Under the pieces are notes generated by a model, which was not told where the DNA came from, made no database searches, and saw nothing but the letters and a program-made list of their open reading frames with translations. Positions 1-8,193 of a DNA stretch of 20,000 nucleotides are shown one piece after another (the first letter of the stretch is position 1; every line of letters begins with the position of its first letter). A program made the position numbers and the translations under genes. This DNA comes from an uncultured virus (IMG/VR IMGVR_UViG_3300043411_002804) (lineage: Duplodnaviria > Heunggongvirae > Uroviricota > Caudoviricetes): the IMG/VR virus record IMGVR_UViG_3300043411_002804. The stretch is one strand, 5' to 3'.

Positions 1-39
1 CGAAACCTCTTAGAGGGTTTTGCAGACCCTCTCCCTAAC

Positions 40-300
40 CTAAGGTCTAGACCATTTAGATTTAAATATATTACTGCACCAGGATACTTTACTGGTGTTC
101 GAGTCAAAAACACCATACAAAATTTCTTCAGTATCCATCTCCCAAATATGAACCCAATCTTTGGGATGTTTACTGATAAGTAGTTTCTCACCCAAAGTCT
201 TAAGTTCATTTAAGTTCTTTGACTTAGAAACGCAATCTCTCATTCCGCCAAGTGGTGAACAATCATTGTAAGCAAACAGATAATACATAATAACATCCAT
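40..300 (-). CDS. hypothetical phage protein
   Basis: 86-aa ORF packed 9 bp downstream of the 310-681 ORF; no motif recognised. Confidence 0.65.
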   Translation of the reverse strand: MDVIMYYLFAYNDCSPLGGMRDCVSKSKNLNELKTLGEKLLISKHPKDWVHIWEMDTEEILYGVFDSNTSKVSWCSNIFKSKWSRP

Positions 301-309
301 TACTCATAA

Positions 310-681
310 CTATCGGCGAAAATATTGAGTCATTCCAATACCAATAAGATGGTCTCGCATATCTTTCGGATTCATTCGAAATTCGAAATGCGATTCCATA
401 TCTGAAACCCCTTTGAATTTTGGAATAACATTTCGCACATCAGATGTACGAATATTGTCCTGAAGACAATGATGCTTATCATAATAAGCTTTTGGAGAAA
501 TCCAAGCATAAGAATAAGATGCATAATTCGTCCTCGATGACCACCCATCGTCACCAAGAATCTTTGCAATAATATCTGAATCAGGACCATCAAAGTGTGG
601 ATCTAGCATTAACTGATGTGGATAATCCCGCCAACCATGACCAGTTTCAACATCACGATCTTCGATAAATACAAATTCCAT
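310..681 (-). CDS. hypothetical phage protein
   Basis: 123-aa ORF with AAGAGG RBS upstream of ATG. Confidence 0.75.
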   Translation of the reverse strand: MEFVFIEDRDVETGHGWRDYPHQLMLDPHFDGPDSDIIAKILGDDGWSSRTNYASYSYAWISPKAYYDKHHCLQDNIRTSDVRNVIPKFKGVSDMESHFEFRMNPKDMRDHLIGIGMTQYFRR

Positions 682-735
682 ACAAACCTCTTAAACTTGC
701 TCACGAGTAGGCCGGTCATAAAGCATTGGTTTCTC

Positions 736-951
736 TTAGTAGGGAAGTACAATGATAGAGTCGTACGTAATTCCGTTTTCCAGCATCAAGGCAGAGAGCG
801 CTGCAAATTGCGCTTCAGTGAGCTGGATTACCCGGTCATTAAGTACCAGGTCCCGAATGTCAGTTGCCCGAACTCGACAATCAACAAGGGCCTTAATCAG
901 CAGTCCTGCCGGCTTATTCATGAATTGGGGTGCGTACCGGATGTTAATCAT
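736..951 (-). CDS. hypothetical protein
   Basis: 71-aa ORF with GGAG RBS; same orientation as neighbours; locally higher GC. Confidence 0.55.
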   Translation of the reverse strand: MINIRYAPQFMNKPAGLLIKALVDCRVRATDIRDLVLNDRVIQLTEAQFAALSALMLENGITYDSIIVLPY

Positions 952-1149
952 AGGCTCACTCCATCTGCGAGATATTGGATGTCGTGTTGCAGGGTGCGGA
1001 TATTCTGATCATTTTCGACGCTTGAAAACATCGTATGCTTCTCCGTATCTAGTTTTGCCGTGCAGCATAACGCCACAACGAATTAATTCAAGATATCCCT
1101 AATCTTCATCATATTAACATTCAAATAAATGCATAACATCCTCTGTCCC

Positions 1150-1200
1150 TCTATAACTCCATATCTTTTTTTAGCAAATCTTGAATTAATATTTTACATT
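1150..1200 (-). promoter_or_regulatory. conserved phage promoter motif, copy 1
   Basis: Minus strand TGTAAAATATTAATTCAAGATTTGCTAAAAAAAGATATGGAGTTATAGA; TTGCTA-N16-TATAGA. Confidence 0.75.
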
Positions 1201-1296
1201 TACCGGCCACCCACCCCGCGGGAGCAAATTTCAACAAAAATTTTAGACCCACGAAGTCTCCCCACAATAACATTAGCGCGTTAGAATGAATAAAAA

Positions 1297-1497
1297 CTAA
1301 CTAGCTGTTGTTAGTCCCATTCTCTTTATAATTTCTTCACTAATATCAGCAAATTCTTTTTCAAGCTTTATAACTTGCTCTTCCGATTCATCATCGTAAT
1401 GCAAAGCATACTTTAAATCAGCTTTGTTAAGCTTAATTGATGCAATTCTAATACAGTCAAGTAATTCAACCGCTGTCATCATTGAATAATCATTCAT
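1297..1497 (-). CDS. small helical hypothetical protein
   Basis: ATG at 1497 follows AAGGAG; coupled to the upstream ORF. Confidence 0.65.
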   Translation of the reverse strand: MNDYSMMTAVELLDCIRIASIKLNKADLKYALHYDDESEEQVIKLEKEFADISEEIIKRMGLTTAS

Positions 1498-1499
1498 AA

Positions 1500-1952
1500 T
1501 CACTCCTTATGAGAGGTTTTACACAACCTGACAAAATCAAGTTGAGGAATCATTTTACTAAAAGCTTCCCACTTCTGAGCCATAATTTCTGGGTCAGAAT
1601 AAATACATAAAGCATTCAGATATTCTTTTGCTGGACCGGGGTCTTCATTATTATCAAGTTTTGTATAATAATTTTTTGCAGCAACAACCATTTCTTTGTG
1701 CCACAAAGATGTAAGTTCTGGATCTGGAGTCTCTGTTAGTCCTGAAACAGACCATCCAGCATGAGTATTGTACTCAATATTTTGTTTGTTTAGCCAAACA
1801 ACAATTTCATCTTTGTAAGAAAGAGCATCTTCCATCATATTCTGATTGTATAGACGTCCAATCAACTGAATTGCTGACTGATATTTTTTTGACATTTCAT
1901 CATAACGTTTTTCAACTTCAACCAAATAAAGCTTAAGTTCTTCATCAGTCAT
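1500..1952 (-). CDS. hypothetical protein
   Basis: 150-aa ORF overlapping the upstream ORF by 8 bp. Confidence 0.75.
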   Translation of the reverse strand: MTDEELKLYLVEVEKRYDEMSKKYQSAIQLIGRLYNQNMMEDALSYKDEIVVWLNKQNIEYNTHAGWSVSGLTETPDPELTSLWHKEMVVAAKNYYTKLDNNEDPGPAKEYLNALCIYSDPEIMAQKWEAFSKMIPQLDFVRLCKTSHKE

Positions 1953-2253
1953 TGTATAATCCTAGATGCTGGCTTTCAATAGTAAGCTCTGTAGAGAAAT
2001 CATGCATAACATGATACAAATCATGAATAAAATCATCCCCACAAGTAATTTCAGGAATCTCCCCTGAGAGGAAACCTGACTTAATCACACTAAGAAACCT
2101 CACAGACTGATCTTCTGTCCATGTAGCTTCAATCTTCCCCTCTGTCGGAGTTTCACAGCTATCTCCAAAAGATGTTAGAATGAAAAGACCATATCGCTTG
2201 GTTAACGTGTAATGAAGCATAGAATCCAGAATTACATCAATATTATTACTCAT
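1945..2253 (-). CDS. hypothetical protein
   Basis: 102-aa ORF with GAGG RBS. Confidence 0.7.
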   Translation of the reverse strand: MSNNIDVILDSMLHYTLTKRYGLFILTSFGDSCETPTEGKIEATWTEDQSVRFLSVIKSGFLSGEIPEITCGDDFIHDLYHVMHDFSTELTIESQHLGLYND

Positions 2254-2288
2254 ATTTAATCCTCAATATTATTTACTGTACGATTTCT

Positions 2289-2852
2289 TTAATCGGGACA
2301 AACATTTGAATTCAGATGACTCTGATAATTCTTTCGAAAGTTATCAGGATCACTTTTCATAATTCTTACGGCAACAATCCAAATAGTCTTGTTACGCTCG
2401 ATTGAGGTCCTGATCATTTCATTATTTTGAAAAATAATTTCCTCAATCTCAACATTCCTTTTCCGAGCGTTTTCAATCTTATTTTCGAAGTTATTTAGCT
2501 CGTGATAATATCGTTCATATTCAGCTGAATAATCAAGATTATCAGCGTTATAACTAATAAAGATTCCCTTCTTCGACCTACAAGTAGGGAGTTCATCCTC
2601 GCCCTCATTGATATCACCGTATCTAACCGAAATAGACGAAGGACTAACATTATTGAGACAACCAATCTTCTGGACCAAAGATTCCCAGTTATCTTCTGGT
2701 GTAATCAGGGTTACATAATCTTTAAAATGAGAGGGTTCCTTTGGCTTTTGCTTTGGGAATTCCAACTTACGAGGAATCTTCCTTAGAGGCTTAAACAAAT
2801 TTGGATGAAATTCAGATAGCATATTATAAAATTCATAATTATGATTCGACAT
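2289..2852 (-). CDS. hypothetical protein with probable C-terminal coiled coil
   Basis: 187-aa ORF with GAGG RBS; charged helical C-terminal half. Confidence 0.75.
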   Translation of the reverse strand: MSNHNYEFYNMLSEFHPNLFKPLRKIPRKLEFPKQKPKEPSHFKDYVTLITPEDNWESLVQKIGCLNNVSPSSISVRYGDINEGEDELPTCRSKKGIFISYNADNLDYSAEYERYYHELNNFENKIENARKRNVEIEEIIFQNNEMIRTSIERNKTIWIVAVRIMKSDPDNFRKNYQSHLNSNVCPD

Positions 2853-2903
2853 TTAACATCCTCAGTGATAGTCTGTTAAAGACATTTTCCGTAGTTATCT
2901 GAA

Positions 2904-3377
2904 TTAGAATTCAAAAGCTATAATGTATTGTTCAGATTGAGCTTTATATGCATTATAACAAGCCCAAGTATCTTCTTCATATGAAGTGTCTGGATCATAA
3001 TATTCTACCTTCATACCCATATCACGAAGTTCTTTCGCCAACTTAAGGACTAATTCATATTTGACCTCAATGTCAGCTTCGGAATTAAAGACAGTTGTCA
3101 TCTCATCAACATGCTCAACGAAAAGCTTGGCTTTGATCTTTGTTACGCTAGAAGTGTTTAGTGGCACCCCAAATGCATCACCCCACTCTAGATCTGGATA
3201 CCTATCAAGTAGATCCAAAACACGATCCAAATCAGAATTTATAAAATTAGCAACACGATCTGGAGCACTGCGACCAGATTGTAAGTTATGAATCCAACCA
3301 CGAATGGAACTAACTGTACACTTCATTTGATCTTTTGGATTTTCTTGTCCCTCATTCTTTAAGCGAATAACTTTCAT
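2904..3377 (-). CDS. hypothetical phage protein
   Basis: Start moved to ATG 3377 (AGGAGA RBS, ATGA overlap with the upstream stop); C-terminal YYDPDTSYEED segment. Confidence 0.75.
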   Translation of the reverse strand: MKVIRLKNEGQENPKDQMKCTVSSIRGWIHNLQSGRSAPDRVANFINSDLDRVLDLLDRYPDLEWGDAFGVPLNTSSVTKIKAKLFVEHVDEMTTVFNSEADIEVKYELVLKLAKELRDMGMKVEYYDPDTSYEEDTWACYNAYKAQSEQYIIAFEF

Positions 3378-3658
3378 TTCATCTCCTGGTTCATGAGGTG
3401 ATTCCACCAAGTACTATGTTCATGTTCCATGGTATCCTTCCATACCCAAATCCCTTTCTTTTTTGGTCCAACCTGAGAAATTCCTTCTGAAATCGGCCCT
3501 GAAAATCCATTCTTTCTCGCTTGAGTCTTTGAAAAGAGATTCGCAGCTACCATTACATCTTCCATAGTAGCTGACCATGGCAACCTAGTAAAGGTTTCAG
3601 AAAAAAATTCTATAACCAAATCTTCATCAACGGGCCCAATTACAAAATGTTTTTCCAT
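3374..3658 (-). CDS. hypothetical protein
   Basis: ATG 3658 after GAGGGAAGG; first gene downstream of promoter copy 2. Confidence 0.7.
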   Translation of the reverse strand: MEKHFVIGPVDEDLVIEFFSETFTRLPWSATMEDVMVAANLFSKTQARKNGFSGPISEGISQVGPKKKGIWVWKDTMEHEHSTWWNHLMNQEMK

Positions 3659-3679
3659 AATTTTTCCTTCCCTCATCTA

Positions 3680-3730
3680 AATATATCTCTTTATCTTTTT
3701 TTAGCAATACCTGAATTAAAATTTTACATT
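3680..3730 (-). promoter_or_regulatory. conserved phage promoter motif, copy 2
   Basis: + strand atatatctctttatctttttttagcaatacctgaattaaaattttacatt matches the consensus. Confidence 0.75.
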
Positions 3731-3740
3731 TATCAATGTA

Positions 3741-3766
3741 GGTCCAGTTGTTTTGGACCCTTTTTT
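3741..3766. terminator. hairpin, possible terminator
   Basis: GGTCCA-N7-TGGACC downstream of the RNA ligase gene; the T-tract is on the + strand side. Confidence 0.35.
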
Positions 3767-3800
3767 AAGAAGAATTTATTCTAGATAATAAATACGATAA

Positions 3801-4985
3801 TCAGTCCCCCGCATTTTGCTGATCAAAAAATGATGATTCCTCATATTCTTTTCTAAAGTTTTCAATCGCCTTAATTCCAAGACCAAGAACTTTGGAGCCA
3901 ATCAATTTCTCAACCTCTCCATTTCCATAAAGATATTCTATACCTACCTGGAATAGATAAGAATCATTTTCGGAAAGCTTCTTCATCTCAAGAACAGCCT
4001 CCTTTCGAGAGAGATTTGCAAACCCCTCCCTTTTAATGATTTCTAGAAACTGATTAACTTGCTCCCTTACGAACTTAAGACGTTCTATATACGAATTGAA
4101 CATAGGCTCAAGAAATGAGCATACCTCAAAGTCTAATCCAATTAGAAACAAACTTTCCTTCAATTGATCAAAGGTTTCAATATTCTTCATCCAACAAAAT
4201 TGAGTGAAACGTTCCTCCGTCATCTGATACTTAAAAGTATGAATTCTGATATATTCCGCTGCCTTAATCTTGCAAGGGAGAATTGTTCCGTTCGGAAGAT
4301 AAGACCATACAACAATGCCTTCTGCGCTCTTCCAATTGCGGATCTTCTCAACGATATCCTTTAACGACCCATTTAAATCGTAAAACTTAACTGCTGGAGT
4401 TCCATAAGTCTCCTCCAAAGACTTTACAGTCTCTGGAGATGAAACAAACTCAGGCGGATCAGCTGAAAGATCCATTAGACCCAAAACTGTCAGAGTAGAC
4501 TCATCATACTTGACAACAATTTGATTCTCAGGACCAGTATACTCAAACAAAACTGAGTATCGTGTATCCAATGATGGATCCAACAATCGAGGATATCTTG
4601 TCTGCACAAGATTCATAATGTTTGTATCAAACGGATACCCCAAATTATGAGAACCCCTTGTACGAAAATGTACCTGACCATTAATTACAGAACGAATCAA
4701 CAACGATCCATCCATCTTTTCTGAGAAAATAGATGTTCCGTTTCGAATAGATTCTTCGGTAAGAATATCTAAATCAGGACATTCACCATAATTATGGAAT
4801 TTCATCAGAGATGCAGAAATAACATGCCCTGATGCATCCAAAAGCAAACTCCGAAGATGTCGATCTTCGGAAGACCACTTATGCTTCGTGAAAGTGGGGC
4901 CGATCAACCAAACCTTTTCACCATTCAAGATCCTTGACTGAACTTGAAAATCATCCTTGTTGATTGTATCAACATCAATGTACAT
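3801..4985 (-). CDS. rnlA: RNA ligase, T4 Rnl1 (RnlA) family
   Basis: KFHNYGE (KFFN-like), motif I EKMDGSL (KxDG), FRTRGS, motif III VLFEY, NQIVVKY, motif IV EGIVV, motif V KIK; start placed at ATG 4985 after AAAGGA. Confidence 0.9.
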   Translation of the reverse strand: MYIDVDTINKDDFQVQSRILNGEKVWLIGPTFTKHKWSSEDRHLRSLLLDASGHVISASLMKFHNYGECPDLDILTEESIRNGTSIFSEKMDGSLLIRSVINGQVHFRTRGSHNLGYPFDTNIMNLVQTRYPRLLDPSLDTRYSVLFEYTGPENQIVVKYDESTLTVLGLMDLSADPPEFVSSPETVKSLEETYGTPAVKFYDLNGSLKDIVEKIRNWKSAEGIVVWSYLPNGTILPCKIKAAEYIRIHTFKYQMTEERFTQFCWMKNIETFDQLKESLFLIGLDFEVCSFLEPMFNSYIERLKFVREQVNQFLEIIKREGFANLSRKEAVLEMKKLSENDSYLFQVGIEYLYGNGEVEKLIGSKVLGLGIKAIENFRKEYEESSFFDQQNAGD

Positions 4986-4998
4986 TTTGAATCCTTTT

Positions 4999-5181
4999 TT
5001 AATCTTTGATACACTCGCAGACTGTACCGTAATTTGTGCTGTTACTATACCCTTGCACAGCACAAGTATTTTGACACGTTATTTCAACAGTTTTGCTAAC
5101 TACGGCACCAAGTAAAGAAAGCGTAAAGATTACTGCGGCTACCAACATAAAAATGTTTATCAATAGATTTTCATTGTCCAT
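4999..5181 (-). CDS. small membrane-anchored Cys-containing protein
   Basis: N-terminal hydrophobic helix followed by CxxxC and CxC; GGAG RBS. Confidence 0.65.
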   Translation of the reverse strand: MDNENLLINIFMLVAAVIFTLSLLGAVVSKTVEITCQNTCAVQGYSNSTNYGTVCECIKD

Positions 5182-5189
5182 TCTTTATC

Positions 5190-5240
5190 TCCATATCATT
5201 TTATGTTTTTTTAGCTAAACCAAAAATAAAACTTTATATC
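5190..5240 (-). promoter_or_regulatory. conserved phage promoter motif, copy 3 (degenerate)
   Basis: TAGCTA-A6-CATAAAATGA-TATGGA; same 16-nt spacing, diverged upstream block. Confidence 0.5.
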
Positions 5241-5391
5241 TCTAGATTTTTGACTGTTTAATAATTCTTAAATAATCCGCCTCGTGACCCAATGGAGGAA
5301 TTCCCGATTTAATTCCATCAAAAACTTTTTTAGCTAATTGTGTTTGAAGCTTTGATCGGATATGAAAAGTCTGTATCAAGTAAATATACCA

Positions 5392-5781
5392 TTATATTTT
5401 ATCCCCTCGTCTAATTTTTTCAGATAATGCTAACGCATAAGATTTTAAATCTCGAAGAGGATTCTGGACCTTTTTGGATAATGCCAACGCATAAAAACTT
5501 AAATTTTGAAGAGGATTCTGGCTAATCACAAGTTGTTGTGACCATAAACTCCATGCTGTAATTCGTAAACTCTTTTCGCCTTCTTTATGATTAAAAACAT
5601 TGCCTGGTGTTAATCCTTCTTCAAGAGACCAATCAATAATTTTTTTACAAGTTTCAGAGTCAAGCAATAACATGTGACCAACATTTTGGGCCAAATAAAT
5701 GCATGCATAACCATCTGCGGAAAAGGCCCTGTAAGTTGCATTACTATTACATAGCTCAACTTCAAAAATTGAATTCGGCAC
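5392..5781 (-). CDS. hypothetical protein with an 18-aa C-terminal tandem duplication
   Basis: GTG start abutting the upstream stop; QNPLQNLSFYALALSKKV / QNPLRDLKSYALALSEKI. Confidence 0.65.
   Translation of the reverse strand: MPNSIFEVELCNSNATYRAFSADGYACIYLAQNVGHMLLLDSETCKKIIDWSLEEGLTPGNVFNHKEGEKSLRITAWSLWSQQLVISQNPLQNLSFYALALSKKVQNPLRDLKSYALALSEKIRRGDKI
5423..5521. repeat. 54-bp-period imperfect tandem duplication
   Basis: gataatgc.aacgcataa...gaagaggattctgg at 5423-5467 and 5477-5521. Confidence 0.85.
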
Positions 5782-6360
5782 TTATGACTCTTCTTTAAAT
5801 GAGGCAATAGTTGTATTGCCAAAATTCGTCAAAGCAAGACATGGTTTATTTGGATCAAGGTACTCTTGACATTCAGTCAAACCCCATAGGTAGGATAAAG
5901 CTTTCTTATAGATAGAAATATCTGTAATATATCTATTTAAATCTGAATCTACATGTTGTAGGATCATAAACGGGGCATCATCCATCCATACCGTAAACAT
6001 GTCATTGTGAATCATTTTAATCGAAATGCTTGAATCTTCTGGAAGAGAATGTAATGTTGTAATCTCAGGAAATAGGCTACTAAGTTCGTGCCAGTTATAA
6101 ACTGGATCTTCCCTGAGGGTGGGAACCTTATAAAGATCACTCGCACAATAAATTGTTAGTGGTTCTGCTCGCTTTACGATCGAATTGCCATCAAACATGT
6201 GGGTAATGAAATCAAATGTTTTGATTTCAATATTTTCGAACACTTTTTCGTACCTCTTTTTTATATTTTCTATTGCATCTAAAGATGCACTTGTAGTAAG
6301 AATCATGCTTTCTTGATTGTTAAAACGAGTTCCTGTGTAATAGAGTGCATAAAAAGTCAT
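5782..6360 (-). CDS. hypothetical protein
   Basis: 192-aa ORF with GGAGA RBS. Confidence 0.75.
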   Translation of the reverse strand: MTFYALYYTGTRFNNQESMILTTSASLDAIENIKKRYEKVFENIEIKTFDFITHMFDGNSIVKRAEPLTIYCASDLYKVPTLREDPVYNWHELSSLFPEITTLHSLPEDSSISIKMIHNDMFTVWMDDAPFMILQHVDSDLNRYITDISIYKKALSYLWGLTECQEYLDPNKPCLALTNFGNTTIASFKEES

Positions 6361-6371
6361 TACTTATCTCC

Positions 6372-6563
6372 CTATTCCGTAAAACAATAGTAAATTTGAG
6401 ACAATACTCTTTCAGTATCAAATTTTGATTCCGGATCATTATCCTCATAATAATGAATCCGACATTTAAATTCGTTAGCTAACCTTTTACGCTCATTCGA
6501 AATAGCGTCATTAACCGCATTTTCAATCATTTTGGATATGGTATAATAATCTTCATCTGTCAT
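6372..6563 (-). CDS. small hypothetical protein
   Basis: ATG 6563 after AAGGTG. Confidence 0.65.
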   Translation of the reverse strand: MTDEDYYTISKMIENAVNDAISNERKRLANEFKCRIHYYEDNDPESKFDTERVLSQIYYCFTE

Positions 6564-6578
6564 AATGATCACCTTGTG

Positions 6579-6728
6579 CTAAAGAATGTTTTTAGGCCCA
6601 ACCTCAAAAATTGAGGCCCACCAATGAGTGATATATACACTCATTTCCTTTTTATGAAGATTATGTTCTTCTGCATAATCCATGTCAATCCAACACATCA
6701 AAGGTAAATCACAAAATGGATTATCCAT
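6579..6728 (-). CDS. 49-aa hypothetical protein (not in the ORF track)
   Basis: AGGAG RBS; MDNPFCDLPLMCWIDMDYAEEHNLHKKEMSVYITHWWASIFEVGPKNIL* fills the gap between neighbours. Confidence 0.55.
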   Translation of the reverse strand: MDNPFCDLPLMCWIDMDYAEEHNLHKKEMSVYITHWWASIFEVGPKNIL

Positions 6729-6747
6729 CTCAAACTCCTATGTTTTA

Positions 6748-6981
6748 CTAATCTGGGCAAAAAATCTCGTAAGGTTGAAGATTATGTTCTGACCACAACC
6801 ATGCAATTTCATAATGCTCTCTCATTCCGCTCTTATCAGAAATGAGAGACTTGCGCCATAAAAGCCATACATCCATCTCTTTACACAAGTGGTCATTAAT
6901 TCCACCACGAAACATTCCCTGAAAAATTTGATTTCGACAAAATGACTTAATTGACCAAACGTTGTTCTGATAAACAATCAT
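6748..6981 (-). CDS. hypothetical protein
   Basis: Start moved to ATG 6981 (MIVYQNN); the longer ORF call overlaps tRNA-Asn. Confidence 0.55.
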   Translation of the reverse strand: MIVYQNNVWSIKSFCRNQIFQGMFRGGINDHLCKEMDVWLLWRKSLISDKSGMREHYEIAWLWSEHNLQPYEIFCPD

Positions 6982-7032
6982 ATGTAACCTACCCATCAAC
7001 AATGTTTGTTTTTTTATTAAGGAATGTATAAA

Positions 7033-7104
7033 CGAGCCCACCTGGATTTGAACCAGGAAAAACAGATTAACAGTCTGTCGTGATACCAATTTCACCATGA
7101 GCTC
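7033..7104 (-). tRNA. tRNA-Asn(GTT)
   Basis: Acceptor GAGCTCA/TGGGCTC, anticodon arm ACAGA-CTGTTAA-TCTGT, T arm CCTGG-TTCAAAT-CCAGG, discriminator G; CCA not encoded. Confidence 0.93.
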
Positions 7105-7161
7105 TAAACATTAGATGTAGGGATTAAACCTACCAAACCTAATGTGATTCGGTTCCTTTAA

Positions 7162-7302
7162 GGGCCCCGTTGAAGCTGTTCTTCACTTAATTGTTCAAAC
7201 CATTCCTCTTGACCCACATCCCGGTCAGTCGACCGGGCCCCGTTGAAGCTTGGGAATAATAAACTCCATTAAGATACCATTCTTTTTCCCACATCCCGGT
7301 CA
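7162..7302 (+). CRISPR. CRISPR mini-array: two spacers, one full and two half repeats, no cas genes in window
   Basis: Full repeat 7213-7249 CCCACATCCCGGTCAGTCGACCGGGCCCCGTTGAAGC (37 bp; 7-bp stem CCCGGTC/GACCGGG, 4-nt loop). Exact last 15 nt at 7162-7176 and exact first 15 nt at 7288-7302. Spacers of 36 bp (7177-7212) and 38 bp (7250-7287). Orientation inferred from the TTGAAGC end. Confidence 0.85.
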
Positions 7303-7460
7303 ACTTACTACTTACTTAGTTCAACGTGTTTTTATGCGGGGGTTTTAAGGCGGAAGTTAACACTCTCACGAATTTTCCCGCCTAATTCCTACCGCTTACT
7401 TCCCCGGTAGGTGGGTTGATTTGATACATCTTGCATTACTCCTTTGCCATCTTACACCTA

Positions 7461-7510
7461 ACTATATCTCAGTATTTTTTTTTAGCAAATCCTGAATTAA
7501 GATTTTATAT
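7461..7510 (-). promoter_or_regulatory. conserved phage promoter motif, copy 4
   Basis: TTGCTA-A8-TACTGAGA-TATAGT; points toward the mini-array and tRNA-Asn. Confidence 0.8.
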
Positions 7511-7518
7511 CCTACCTT

Positions 7519-7827
7519 TTAGGAAGGCTTCAAATATGGATCCAATAAATACAGCTCATGTGGGGCTAATCGATGAGGATCTCTCCACTTAAATAGTGGT
7601 GCAACATCATCTTTGTTTAAGAGAAAAAAATTGATAGCATGATCATAAGCTTCGTATCTGTGTTTAGCCCTACCTATAAATGTTTTATAATCAGTATTAT
7701 TACATCTGATAAAAACCTGATACAGGAAAAGACCATATTCAGTATCATCTCCATAATGACCCCAATATTTACCTGAACGATCATATCCTTTTTTGTTAAG
7801 TTTAATTCTTTTTGATGTTGAATACAA
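7519..7827 (-). CDS. hypothetical protein
   Basis: 102-aa ORF with TTG start abutting the upstream stop. Confidence 0.6.
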   Translation of the reverse strand: MYSTSKRIKLNKKGYDRSGKYWGHYGDDTEYGLFLYQVFIRCNNTDYKTFIGRAKHRYEAYDHAINFFLLNKDDVAPLFKWRDPHRLAPHELYLLDPYLKPS

Positions 7828-8184
7828 TTAAGCCTTACCTTTATGGTTTGAGTTACCTGCATTTTCACCAATTTTTTTGAATTTCATACCAGACATAGAA
7901 GTCAAATGTGTCCCCAACTGACAACTTTTGCCTTTATTTTGACCAGAGTTATTTCTCCAAGCATTGGCATACTTTTCCCTACTCTTTTGGTCTTCAAAAG
8001 CTAAAAGCGTAATGCTAGCCATTTTGCCATCGCCTGAAGCAACACCCAAGTATTTAGGTGGAGATTGATCTCCACCTAATTCTTCAAGACAGTCCGGGCA
8101 TTCATTAATAAGTCCACCGGCCAATTTCTTTTGGCGGCTAAACAAATTGAATTCTGACTCACACCATTTACAAACTTTGATCAT
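7828..8184 (-). CDS. Zn-ribbon-containing hypothetical protein
   Basis: CKWC and CPDC pairs in the N-terminus. Confidence 0.7.
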   Translation of the reverse strand: MIKVCKWCESEFNLFSRQKKLAGGLINECPDCLEELGGDQSPPKYLGVASGDGKMASITLLAFEDQKSREKYANAWRNNSGQNKGKSCQLGTHLTSMSGMKFKKIGENAGNSNHKGKA

Positions 8185-8193
8185 TGGAAAACC

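Noticed and set aside
948..1139. Tiny minus-strand ORFs or a possible pseudogene downstream of promoter copy 1
   Set aside because: Only fragments under 30 codons with no recognisable motif; cannot be supported from sequence alone.
6982..7098. N-terminal extension of ORF 6748..7098
   Set aside because: It runs through tRNA-Asn; a better start exists at 6981.
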